A DNA stretch of 64,000 bases from an uncultured Candidatus Poseidoniales archaeon. Lineage in GTDB: Archaea > Thermoplasmatota > Poseidoniia > Poseidoniales > Thalassarchaeaceae. Numbering within the stretch: the stretch's first letter is position 1; every line of letters starts with the position of its first letter. The translations under genes and the position numbers were made by a program. The notes under the pieces are model-generated. The model was not told where the DNA came from. It saw only the letters and a list, made by a program, of their open reading frames with translations, and ran no database searches. The stretch covers positions 66,537-130,536 of the forward strand of contig CACOAW010000001.1 in the NCBI GenBank assembly GCA_902625325.1, written 5' to 3'. Shown here piece by piece: positions 28,521 to 37,445 of the stretch.

Positions 28521-30068
28521 TCACCCGAAAATTTCTGTTAATCCGCCGTCCAGAATAGATTTTGATAGTCTTTCGCATTCGATTGTCATCGATTTGTCAC
28601 CATCCAGTCTGTCGACATGGGAACGGACCCAACTGACTATCTTTCTGACCCCTATCCCCGGGGATTCTTCTATCGCTTCCATTGCCTCTGTGGAGCAAAT
28701 GAATTCATTCGCTAAAACCTGTGACAATAGTATCGATGATTTTAGTGACCTGTGTGCCCCAGTAGCGCCCATTGAAGCATGATCTTCCTTGCCCATGCTT
28801 ACAGGGACATTGCTAATTGTAGCCGGACTAGAGAGAATATGTAGTTCCGATATGATTGCCGCTGCTACGTACTGAACGATCATCAATCCGCTTTCCAATC
28901 CCTCCTCGCCGGCGAGGAAGGCTTTCTGGCCGCTCCAATTTGGGTCAAGGATCTGATTAATCCTTCTTTCAGAAATACTGGCAAGCTCGTGGCAAGCTAC
29001 GGCAATGGCGTCACTGGCTAGAGCCAGGTTTTGACCGTGGAAATTGCCCCCGCTGATTATTGATGCTCCGTTATCATCGACAAACACTAGAGGGTTGTCT
29101 GTAGCGCTGTTGATTTCTATCTCTAGAATTCTCCTGGCTTCCTTTGTCATATCAATAACCGGTCCGTGGACTTGAGGGGCACATCGAAATGAGTAGGCGT
29201 CTTGCACCCTTTCACAGTTCTCATGAGAAATTTCGATATTTGACTGGGAAAGGAACGCAGAAATTCTGGCGGCTGAGATTGATTGTCCGACCTGCGGCCT
29301 AGAATCGTGCACTCTCCTGTCGAATGGCTTGTGAGAACCCCTAATTGCCTCCACTGAACATGCTATGGAGGCGTCTGCAGTTAGACACAAGGTCTCCATG
29401 TTTAGTACAGTTTGTGTGAGGTAAGCACACATTTGACTTGTCCCATTAATTAGGGAGAGTCCCTCTTTTGCCTGCAGTTTAACTGGTTCCAATCCTGCTT
29501 CCCCTAATGCGGTTCGGGAATCTTTGCGGACCCATTTGTCCCCGGTTTGCACGAGGCACTCGCCCTCGCCCATCATTCCCATTGTCATATGGGAAAGTGG
29601 AGCTAAGTCTCCTGAGGCTCCTAATGATCCTATTCTGGGGATTGATGGTGCTATTCTTGAGTTAACCATCCCAAGAAGAGTGTCCACCACAGATGGTCGG
29701 ATTCCAGATACTCCCTTTGCAAGAGAGTTTGCCCGAATAGTCATCATCATCAGAACTAACTCCGGGTCCATTATTTCGCCAATACCGCAAGCATGACTTC
29801 TCACTAGATTTGATTGTAGTTCCTCTAATTGGCTGTCTTCTACACGAACAGATGAAAGCGCACCGAATCCTGTATTTATCCCGTAAACAACTTCTCCTGT
29901 GTCTAGGATGCCTTCTACGGCCTTTCTAGAAGTCTGCATCCTCTCTCTTGAATCAGATGATAGAGATGCTTCCATTGAGCCCCTCGATACGGCTTTAACC
30001 ATCTCGAGGGTTAGATTATCTCCATCGATGACAACAGTTTCCATGGACCTTGCGTCGAGGTCTGTCAA
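28521..30068 (-). CDS. hutH: histidine ammonia-lyase
   Basis: GSLGASGDLAPLSH (the Ala-Ser-Gly MIO-forming triad). 515 aa. Confidence 0.9.
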   Translation of the reverse strand: MTDLDARSMETVVIDGDNLTLEMVKAVSRGSMEASLSSDSRERMQTSRKAVEGILDTGEVVYGINTGFGALSSVRVEDSQLEELQSNLVRSHACGIGEIMDPELVLMMMTIRANSLAKGVSGIRPSVVDTLLGMVNSRIAPSIPRIGSLGASGDLAPLSHMTMGMMGEGECLVQTGDKWVRKDSRTALGEAGLEPVKLQAKEGLSLINGTSQMCAYLTQTVLNMETLCLTADASIACSVEAIRGSHKPFDRRVHDSRPQVGQSISAARISAFLSQSNIEISHENCERVQDAYSFRCAPQVHGPVIDMTKEARRILEIEINSATDNPLVFVDDNGASIISGGNFHGQNLALASDAIAVACHELASISERRINQILDPNWSGQKAFLAGEEGLESGLMIVQYVAAAIISELHILSSPATISNVPVSMGKEDHASMGATGAHRSLKSSILLSQVLANEFICSTEAMEAIEESPGIGVRKIVSWVRSHVDRLDGDKSMTIECERLSKSILDGGLTEIFG

Positions 30069-30074
30069 ATAGAG

Positions 30075-32096
30075 TCATCGAGTCTTTTCAAACAGGTCAT
30101 CAAGGATGAGTGAATCCACTAATTTTGGTAAGGTCACGTCTAGTTTGGGGTCTTTTTCCATAGCCTTGGTAATGGTGAAGGTTGCCCCGGCATTCCTTGC
30201 CCATGACCTCCTTGCAATTCCATTATTCACGTCCCATGAAATCATCGAGTCTATGTTTTTCTCAGATTCCAATGACCCATCTATTACCATTCCGAAGCCT
30301 CCGTTGACTACCTCCCCCCATCCGACTCCTCCGCCGTTATGCAGGCTGACCCACGTGGCTCCTCTGAATGAGTCGCCAACGAAGTTGTGTACTGCCATAT
30401 CTGCAGTAAACATCGACCCGTCGTAGATGTTAGCGGTTTCTCTGAATGGGCTGTCCGTACCTGCTACATCATGATGATCGCGTCCTAGGACTATCGGTGC
30501 GGTGATCAAACCTTCAGAAATGGCCTCATTGAAGCGGAGGGCAATTTGTCTACGACCTTCCTCATCCGCGTACAATATTCTTGCCATACTTCCAACTACC
30601 AAATCGTGTCTCTCTGCTTCAGAAATCCACTTGATATTATCCAAGTACTGCGTCCGAATTTCTTCAGGACATTGAGAAGCAAGGCTTTCCAGTACCTCCA
30701 GTGCTATTTTGTCTGTTGTCGCGAGATCCTTTTTTGTGCCGGAAGTACAGACCCATCTGAAAGGACCGAAGCCATAGTCGAAGCACATAGGCCCCATTAT
30801 ATCCTCAACATATGAGGGGTATCGGAATGAGCCGTCTTCTGAGAATACCTCAGCATCGGCCCTTCCTGATTCAAGTAAGAAGGCGTTCCCGTAATCCCAG
30901 AATTTTGTTCCCATCTCAGATAGAGTATTTACGGCGTTGACGTGTCTATTCAGGGACAATTGAACTAGTTCTCTGAATTTCTTCGGATCTGAGCTTATTA
31001 GAGTAATGCCCTCATCGAATGAAACGCCTGCCGGGATATAACCGCCTAGCCAAGGGTTGTGTAAACTCGTCTGATCGCTGGCTAAATCGGGAGTAATGCC
31101 CCTCTCTATAAGATACTCCAGCAAGTCGACAATGTTTCCCAGGTATCCCAACGATACCGCTTCCGAATTAGCGACTGCTTTCTCGGCTCTATTGCAAAGC
31201 TCATCAAGGTCATCGAATAACTCAGTTAACCAGCCCTGAGAGTGACGCTTCTTAGCAGCAGTTGGATCTATCTCAGCAATAATACAGACAGCCCCGGCAA
31301 TGACTGCGGCCTTAGCCTGGGCGCCCGACATACCGCCTAATCCAGACGTCACATAGAGGATCCCTCCGAGGCCACTCTCAGATGTCTTACCGAGGTATTT
31401 CCTAGCTGCGTTAAGTATCGTAATTGTAGTGCCGTGTACGATTCCCTGAGGGCCGATGTACATGTAAGATCCTGCTGTCATCTGCCCAAATTGGGTAACT
31501 CCTAATGCATTCATTCTCTCGTAGTCTTGCTGTGAGGAATAGTTTGGTATGACCATGCCATTCGTAACAACTACTCGGGGGGATTCTGATGATGATGGGA
31601 ATAGTCCCAGTGGGTGTCCAGAATACATCACTAACGTCTGGTCTCCTTCCATTTTGGATAGGTAATCCATTGTCACGAGGTACTGGGCCCAATTCTGGAA
31701 TACGGAGCCGTTTCCACCGTAAGTTATCAGTTCGTGGGGGTATTGAGCGACTTTTGGATCGAGGTTGTTCTGAATCATTAGCATTATTGCAGCGGCACTC
31801 ATAGTGTTGGAATTGTATTCGTGGATAGATCTTGAGCGTATCTCATGCTCTGGTCTGAATCTGTGCATGTATATGTGGCCTAGACTATCCAGTTCCTCGA
31901 GAAAATCTGTAGCAAGTTCCTTGTGCCATTTCTCTGGGAAATATCTTAGTGAGTTCTCAACGGCTAGCCTTCTCTCTTTTTGAGTGAGAACCTGAGGCCT
32001 AACCGGAGCATGCGGAACTGAATCGTCCCTCTCCCTTTTTGGAGGAAGGGATTCTGGAATTCCATATTTCTCTAATTTTCCATTCAACATTACCAC
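30075..32096 (-). CDS. hutU: urocanate hydratase (long, ~670-aa type)
   Basis: YGGNGSVFQNWAQY, GLGGMSGAQAKA and WVSLHNGGGVGWGE blocks. Confidence 0.9.
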   Translation of the reverse strand: MVMLNGKLEKYGIPESLPPKRERDDSVPHAPVRPQVLTQKERRLAVENSLRYFPEKWHKELATDFLEELDSLGHIYMHRFRPEHEIRSRSIHEYNSNTMSAAAIMLMIQNNLDPKVAQYPHELITYGGNGSVFQNWAQYLVTMDYLSKMEGDQTLVMYSGHPLGLFPSSSESPRVVVTNGMVIPNYSSQQDYERMNALGVTQFGQMTAGSYMYIGPQGIVHGTTITILNAARKYLGKTSESGLGGILYVTSGLGGMSGAQAKAAVIAGAVCIIAEIDPTAAKKRHSQGWLTELFDDLDELCNRAEKAVANSEAVSLGYLGNIVDLLEYLIERGITPDLASDQTSLHNPWLGGYIPAGVSFDEGITLISSDPKKFRELVQLSLNRHVNAVNTLSEMGTKFWDYGNAFLLESGRADAEVFSEDGSFRYPSYVEDIMGPMCFDYGFGPFRWVCTSGTKKDLATTDKIALEVLESLASQCPEEIRTQYLDNIKWISEAERHDLVVGSMARILYADEEGRRQIALRFNEAISEGLITAPIVLGRDHHDVAGTDSPFRETANIYDGSMFTADMAVHNFVGDSFRGATWVSLHNGGGVGWGEVVNGGFGMVIDGSLESEKNIDSMISWDVNNGIARRSWARNAGATFTITKAMEKDPKLDVTLPKLVDSLILDDLFEKTR

Positions 32097-32734
32097 TCCA
32101 GCCTTTGGTTAACCATCAATGCTACATTATTTGCTGATTTTATCGATTGCTCAACGGCTTTATTTATTTTCGAATTTAGTAAATCCACATCTTCCCCTTC
32201 GATGTACTCCAAATTGATTCTAACGTTAAATGATGCAATCTTAGCCGCTGAAAGAGCCATCTCAGAAGCAGAGGCAAGGTCAGTAAGTGCATTGGGGTTG
32301 CAAGAAGCAGATTGTTTTTCCAAATTGGATAGTAGTTTTTGAGCGCTCGATGCAGTATTGAGTGGTGCCAATGCAGCCCCAATAGTGGCGTTCCTTATTT
32401 CCTCTGATCGTTGTTCTCTCTCCTCCTCTGTTTCCCTAGGTAGGCGGTATGCAGAGATAACTGATTCGAATGCTTCAGAGTCTGAGATAGCCAGAAGAAT
32501 CGCCTCTTCCAAACCTGGTTCTGATAGTTCTACAGAAGCCCTTGCGGCATTGTGCCCTTCTGCCCACTTATCCTTCGCCAATGTCAGTCTCGCTACCATC
32601 AACGACAATGAGTGTGCGTGAGCCAACGAGAGCGCTGCGACCGAGCCGCCTCCCGGAGTCGGTTCTGAATTGGCTATAGACCTTAGAATATCCATGTAAC
32701 CCTCGTTCATCAAACCACCTTTTTGATTGCCCAT
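32090..32734 (-). CDS. formimidoyltetrahydrofolate cyclodeaminase (FtcD C-terminal-domain homolog)
   Basis: PTPGGGSVAALSLAHAHSL motif, all-helical, 214 aa. It overlaps the formiminotransferase gene by 25 nt. Confidence 0.75.
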   Translation of the reverse strand: MGNQKGGLMNEGYMDILRSIANSEPTPGGGSVAALSLAHAHSLSLMVARLTLAKDKWAEGHNAARASVELSEPGLEEAILLAISDSEAFESVISAYRLPRETEEEREQRSEEIRNATIGAALAPLNTASSAQKLLSNLEKQSASCNPNALTDLASASEMALSAAKIASFNVRINLEYIEGEDVDLLNSKINKAVEQSIKSANNVALMVNQRLEW

Positions 32735-33762
32735 TCGATTATGCTCGACTCTGGATCGAAGTCATCTAACATGTCTAGCATTAGGCCAGATATGGCTTTT
32801 TGTACAAGCACTCTTTCATCGTCTATGGAATCATTCTCGATGTAGTGGCTCCCTGCAGTAAGCATCGCTTTTAGGGGAACTAAACCGACTAGCTCTCCTG
32901 CTGTTACGTTAAGTCCCATAATGGAGGCCTCCTTCCTGATTGCCTCCGTGACATCGTGGAGTCCGGTTACAGAGAAATCTAGTAGATTCATGGATACTTG
33001 TGCTGTAGATTCATCATACATCCAACCTGCAGCCTGTAGTGATTTGAATAGACCGGGTTTTCTAAGAGGCTTGCCGTCTTCACCGTAGATTTTCTTTCCT
33101 TGTTCGTCTTTGACCAGAGATCCGCTAGTCCTTACCGATGAGGCAATAGCATTTGCTTTGGCCTTATCGTCGGTATCAAGATTGACATTGTATGCAATTA
33201 GAATTTGACGGGCTCCTGTAGCGGTAACTCCCATTCTGGAGTTGAATATAGAAGGGCCAAAGTCTGGGGCCCAATCAGGATGTGATATTTTTTCTTCAAA
33301 TCCTTCATATTCGCCTCTTCTGATATTTGGAAGACTAACTCTATTCGAATTTGTAGCGGCCTTCGCATATAGGTAAATTGGAAGATCCAGCTCGTTGGAG
33401 ACTGACTCGGCATATCTCTTTGAGAGATTCACACATTGTTCCATTGTGATTCCGGATATCGGGATGAATGGGACTACATCCACAGCCCCCATTCTGGAGT
33501 GCTCACCAGTGTGCTTGCTCATGTCTATTATGCTGGTTGCGATTCTAGTACATTCAATGACTGTTTTGAGTACCTGTTCTGGCTCGCCAACCATCGTGAC
33601 AACCGTCCTGTTGAAATCAGCGCCCATATCTACGTCTAACAGGTAAACTCCGGTTTGATCGATAATGGGTTGTGTAATCTGGTCGATAATCTGCTGGTCC
33701 TTGCCTTCACTGAAATTTGGTACACACTCTACAAGTTGAGCCATGTGCATCGGGAGTGCCAC
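32710..33762 (-). CDS. glutamate formimidoyltransferase (FtcD N-terminal-domain homolog)
   Basis: LVECVPNFSEGKD N-terminal signature. 350 aa, in hut context. Confidence 0.8.
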   Translation of the reverse strand: MALPMHMAQLVECVPNFSEGKDQQIIDQITQPIIDQTGVYLLDVDMGADFNRTVVTMVGEPEQVLKTVIECTRIATSIIDMSKHTGEHSRMGAVDVVPFIPISGITMEQCVNLSKRYAESVSNELDLPIYLYAKAATNSNRVSLPNIRRGEYEGFEEKISHPDWAPDFGPSIFNSRMGVTATGARQILIAYNVNLDTDDKAKANAIASSVRTSGSLVKDEQGKKIYGEDGKPLRKPGLFKSLQAAGWMYDESTAQVSMNLLDFSVTGLHDVTEAIRKEASIMGLNVTAGELVGLVPLKAMLTAGSHYIENDSIDDERVLVQKAISGLMLDMLDDFDPESSIIEWAIKKVV

Positions 33763-33779
33763 TTCATCAAGACCTTTCC

Positions 33780-35012
33780 TTAGGTGTATATCCCCTCAGA
33801 GTTTGAATCGGCTGGAGCCTTCCGATTGTCTTGTACCTTTTTTATTGCGAGAGCGAAATCTTCTTTTGATACGGATTTCCTTTTATCGGATATGGCTGAG
33901 ATTCCTGCTTCCAAGACGGTGGACTTGATTTCAGCACCACTGAATCCCTCTGTCATAGATGCTAGTTTGCGGACATCGATGCCCTTACCCTTAGGCATTT
34001 CACCGCAATGAACTCGAAAAATCGCCTCTCGGGCCTCTACCTCGGGTAACGGTATTTCGATTATCCTGTCAAACCTTCCTGGTCTAAGCAAAGCTGCATC
34101 CAAAAGTTCAGGACGATTTGTGGCAGCAATCACCTTCACGTCCTCTAGACTATCGAAACCATCTATCTCTGAAAGCAACTGCATCAATGTCCTTTGAACT
34201 TCGCGATCACCTGACGTGGAAACATCTAGTCTCTTTGAGCCAATTGAGTCTATCTCGTCTATGAAGATGATGGATGGAGACCTTTGTCTCGCCATCTCGA
34301 ATATTTCTCTGACCATCCTACCCCCTTCGCCTATGTACTTCTGAGCTAGTTCCGCTCCTACTAGTCCAAGAAAAGTTGCATTCGTGGAGTTGGCAACGGC
34401 CTTCGCTAGCATGGTCTTACCTGTCCCAGGCGGACCGGTCAAAAGAACTCCCTTTGGCGGCTCAATCCCCATGTCAGAGAACGCCTTTGGATTTTCGAAT
34501 GGTAGCTCGATTGCTTCCTTGAGATTCTTGATCTGCTCCTCTAAACCCCCTATTGAGGAATAAGGGACATCAGGAGTGTCGATAATCTCGGTATTGCTAA
34601 CAAGTGGGTCCCAAGAGTCAGCAAGTATCTCGACTACGGAAAGAGTGTCCTGATTGAGTGCTACTCTAGTTCCTGGTTTAATTTTCGATCTATCCAGGCG
34701 ACGGTTCACAGAGACTAGGAATACTGTGCCATTTGAGCTTCTAACTATAGCCTGCTCATCTACTATGTCCTGAATAAAGCCTACAATTAACGGCGGAGTT
34801 CGAATGTTACTGAGTTCATCCTCTAGTCTGCTTGAGCGCTTCTTCAGTTGGTTCAACTCGTTCTCTAGGAATAGTTTCTCCGTCAATAACTGTTGAGCCT
34901 TCTCAGAGAGGTCCTGATAATCTTTAGTGAGCCGATCTAGAAGGGCCCTGTTTGGATCACCTTTTTCCAGAATGTTGTCATCCAAACTAGACTCATCGGC
35001 CTCTGATGACAT
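33780..35012 (-). CDS. pan: proteasome-activating nucleotidase (AAA+ ATPase)
   Basis: N-terminal coiled coil, OB domain, Walker A GPPGTGKT, Walker B IIFIDEIDS, and a C-terminal HbYX-like IYT. Confidence 0.9.
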   Translation of the reverse strand: MSSEADESSLDDNILEKGDPNRALLDRLTKDYQDLSEKAQQLLTEKLFLENELNQLKKRSSRLEDELSNIRTPPLIVGFIQDIVDEQAIVRSSNGTVFLVSVNRRLDRSKIKPGTRVALNQDTLSVVEILADSWDPLVSNTEIIDTPDVPYSSIGGLEEQIKNLKEAIELPFENPKAFSDMGIEPPKGVLLTGPPGTGKTMLAKAVANSTNATFLGLVGAELAQKYIGEGGRMVREIFEMARQRSPSIIFIDEIDSIGSKRLDVSTSGDREVQRTLMQLLSEIDGFDSLEDVKVIAATNRPELLDAALLRPGRFDRIIEIPLPEVEAREAIFRVHCGEMPKGKGIDVRKLASMTEGFSGAEIKSTVLEAGISAISDKRKSVSKEDFALAIKKVQDNRKAPADSNSEGIYT

Positions 35013-35067
35013 GGTCCTGTCATAAAGAGGATACTTATGACCCCTACGAAGCCCTCATGTTGCCCTC

Positions 35068-35646
35068 ATGCCTCGCCATGGTATGGGTGCTTGCGAGCTC
35101 TGCGGAAAGGAAGGAGTGGCCACTAGGAGAGCAAAAGTATCCCAATCCATTCTAGAGTGCTGCTCTGGATGCGTATCCTCGATGGGATTGGTAGTAGAGC
35201 AAAGACCCACGAAGGTAAGCAGTAATAATGAGCAAAAGAGCCTAGTTACGGGAAGGGGGGTTTCAGGAATGGACATCATGACTAAGGATGCAGTGGAGCT
35301 TGCAGGGGATTTTCACTCGAGGATAAGAGAAGGCCGGAAAATCAAGGGGATTTCCCAGGAAGATTTAGCTAGAATCATGAGTGTGAAGAAGGGCGTTATC
35401 CAGAAGGCGGAGAATGGCAATAGGCCAACTGACTCCATATTGGAAAAATTCGAGAAGGCCCTGGGAATTTCGCTTTTTGTTGAAGCCATATCCCGAAGCG
35501 AAACCATGGTGGCAAATGAATCATCGAGTCAAATGACCATCTCTGATGCGAAGAAAGACGTGGTAAACAAGACTAGGAAAAGGCCCGAAAGGAAAAAGCG
35601 TCGTCGGTTCGGAGTTTCTAGATCTGGTTCTCGTTCCAGGAGATAG
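35068..35646 (+). CDS. mbf1: archaeal multiprotein-bridging factor 1 (zinc ribbon plus XRE HTH) with an extra basic tail
   Basis: CELCG...CCSGC zinc ribbon; HTH IREGRKIKGISQEDLARIMSVKKGVIQKAENGNRPT; atypical C-terminal tail KRPERKKRRRFGVSRSGSRSRR. Confidence 0.75.
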   Translation: MPRHGMGACELCGKEGVATRRAKVSQSILECCSGCVSSMGLVVEQRPTKVSSNNEQKSLVTGRGVSGMDIMTKDAVELAGDFHSRIREGRKIKGISQEDLARIMSVKKGVIQKAENGNRPTDSILEKFEKALGISLFVEAISRSETMVANESSSQMTISDAKKDVVNKTRKRPERKKRRRFGVSRSGSRSRR

Positions 35647-35650
35647 TATT

Positions 35651-36175
35651 GTGCAAAGCGTACCCCTCCATGTTATTCATCTGAATCAGGATGACCCAAA
35701 GAAGTGTACATCTAGAAAGTTGCAACAGAGTGGACTGGTAAATCTCCACGAATCCGCTAATTCTGCTCCTAGGAGAGGGTACTTGTTGGATCCTCGTGCT
35801 AAGACTGTACTGGCCCCTGAGGATGGTGGGCTAATTTCTTTGGGCGGTTCGATTGTAGTGCTTGACTGCTCGTGGAAACAGATAGAAGAGTCTCTAGATT
35901 TGATTGACGGTAGAACCAGACTGGAAGGTAGGATTCTGCCATTGCTGCTTGCTGCGAATCCAGTTTCTTGGGGAAAGGTGGGGAGGCTCTCATCTGCAGA
36001 GGCTCTCGGAGCATCATTAGCCATTTTTGGACTATGGGAGCAAGCAAGGGCTGTTGTGGAGCCGTTCCCTTTCGGAAATCAGTTCTTAGATTTGAACAGA
36101 GAGCCATTGGAAGCTTACTCAAATGCAGGTTCAAGGACAGACATCCTAGAAATCCAGACTGAATTCTTCAATTGA
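35651..36175 (+). CDS. tsr3: 16S rRNA aminocarboxypropyltransferase Tsr3
   Basis: VIHLNQDDPKKCTSRKL and VLDCSWKQ blocks of the Tsr3/DUF367 family. 174 aa. Confidence 0.75.
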   Translation: MQSVPLHVIHLNQDDPKKCTSRKLQQSGLVNLHESANSAPRRGYLLDPRAKTVLAPEDGGLISLGGSIVVLDCSWKQIEESLDLIDGRTRLEGRILPLLLAANPVSWGKVGRLSSAEALGASLAIFGLWEQARAVVEPFPFGNQFLDLNREPLEAYSNAGSRTDILEIQTEFFN

Positions 36176-36250
36176 GAGAGTTTTCTAGCGTCGGTCGCGT
36201 TTAGGTCGAGGAGTTCTCCCAACCTGCTTTCCTTCATTGGTATCTATTAA

Positions 36251-36640
36251 TTAATCATCGGAGTACTCTGTAACTCTGATGCCGAGCTTCCCCGTGCGGG
36301 CCTTCCTTGTCATTACCTTATCCATCTTCTTGTGGAATTCGCCTTCGAGATCCACTTCCATTGCAAGCGAGTGCCCCAGGAGGAGGATGAGCAGGTCTGC
36401 CAGCTCCTCGGCTGCCTCTTCGTCTGGCTTGCCCTTAGTGATCGCAGCTGAGAGTTCACCAAGTTCTTCTACAGTCAATGCGATGCGGAATCCCATGTCG
36501 TGACCATGGTTCTCTTCGGATGAGAATCTGTGTTTATGGTGGAAGCTGGCCACTCTGGACATCATGGTAAGCCATGATCCATCGGGAATATCGGAATGCT
36601 CTACACTCAACCAATCATCAACGCTCAGCCTTCTGGTCAT
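36251..36640 (-). CDS. MazG-like nucleoside triphosphate pyrophosphohydrolase
   Basis: LTVEELGELSAAITKGKPDEEAAEELADLLILLLG, the EExxE...ExxD all-alpha NTP-PPase pattern. Confidence 0.6.
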   Translation of the reverse strand: MTRRLSVDDWLSVEHSDIPDGSWLTMMSRVASFHHKHRFSSEENHGHDMGFRIALTVEELGELSAAITKGKPDEEAAEELADLLILLLGHSLAMEVDLEGEFHKKMDKVMTRKARTGKLGIRVTEYSDD

Positions 36641-36679
36641 GGTTATCCTACAGGCAAGGGGGCCATCAAGGTAGTGATT

Positions 36680-37441
36680 TCATACATGTCCACAAAGCAG
36701 AGCAATAATGCAGTGGGATACCAAATCACGCATGTTTGCTGCCATTGAATCGACTGATTTGTGATCTATCTCCGCTTCAGGTTCGCCCGGAGTCCGTCCT
36801 GCGGCCCAGTTAGAAGAACAGAGCAGTGACACGTGAGGGATGCCTGTCTCGGATACTAACCTCTGCTCAGGACCAAGAGTCATACCCACCACATTGGCCC
36901 CTAATCTCTCTAGTGCATCTATCTCATTGGAACTCTCGAATTGTGGTCCGATGCACTGGGCCACCACTACCCCTTTTGGAGCGCTTCCTTGTTTTTCAAT
37001 CAGAGTTTGCGCGCAAATTTCAGAGTAATGGTCGTCGAATGGCTTGGTCCTATCGGAATGGAACGCATCCTCGTCGTGGAAAGTCCACGGCTTTTCTGAG
37101 AGATCCAGAATCCCAGTGCCGACCCCTATTATCCCCGGAGGCATAGTTTCGATCATAGAGCCAACAGAGTTCACGCTGACTAACAAATCTGGTTTGCAAC
37201 TCGACGCAGCGTGGACGTTAGCCCTATGTTCGATAGCATGTGGAGGGGTTCTTGATTCACCAGGGGAATGGTGCCTATCTATGACAAATACCACTCCCTT
37301 GGCCGTTCTGACGATGTTAATGGGTACTTCTCCCCATTGGGATTCCACGATAATCAGCTCCGAGGTTGCCTCCACCAAGGATGACAGGGTCGTGGAGAAA
37401 GCACTCATACCAGTTCCGCACAGCACCGCTATGCGGTCCAA
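36680..37441 (-). CDS. purine nucleoside / 5'-methylthioadenosine phosphorylase family protein
   Basis: IAVLCGTGMS N-terminus, FVIDRHH and VVGMTLGPE blocks resembling the MTAP/PNP (PNP_UDP_1) family. Confidence 0.55.
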   Translation of the reverse strand: MDRIAVLCGTGMSAFSTTLSSLVEATSELIIVESQWGEVPINIVRTAKGVVFVIDRHHSPGESRTPPHAIEHRANVHAASSCKPDLLVSVNSVGSMIETMPPGIIGVGTGILDLSEKPWTFHDEDAFHSDRTKPFDDHYSEICAQTLIEKQGSAPKGVVVAQCIGPQFESSNEIDALERLGANVVGMTLGPEQRLVSETGIPHVSLLCSSNWAAGRTPGEPEAEIDHKSVDSMAANMRDLVSHCIIALLCGHV

Positions 37442-37445
37442 CTTC

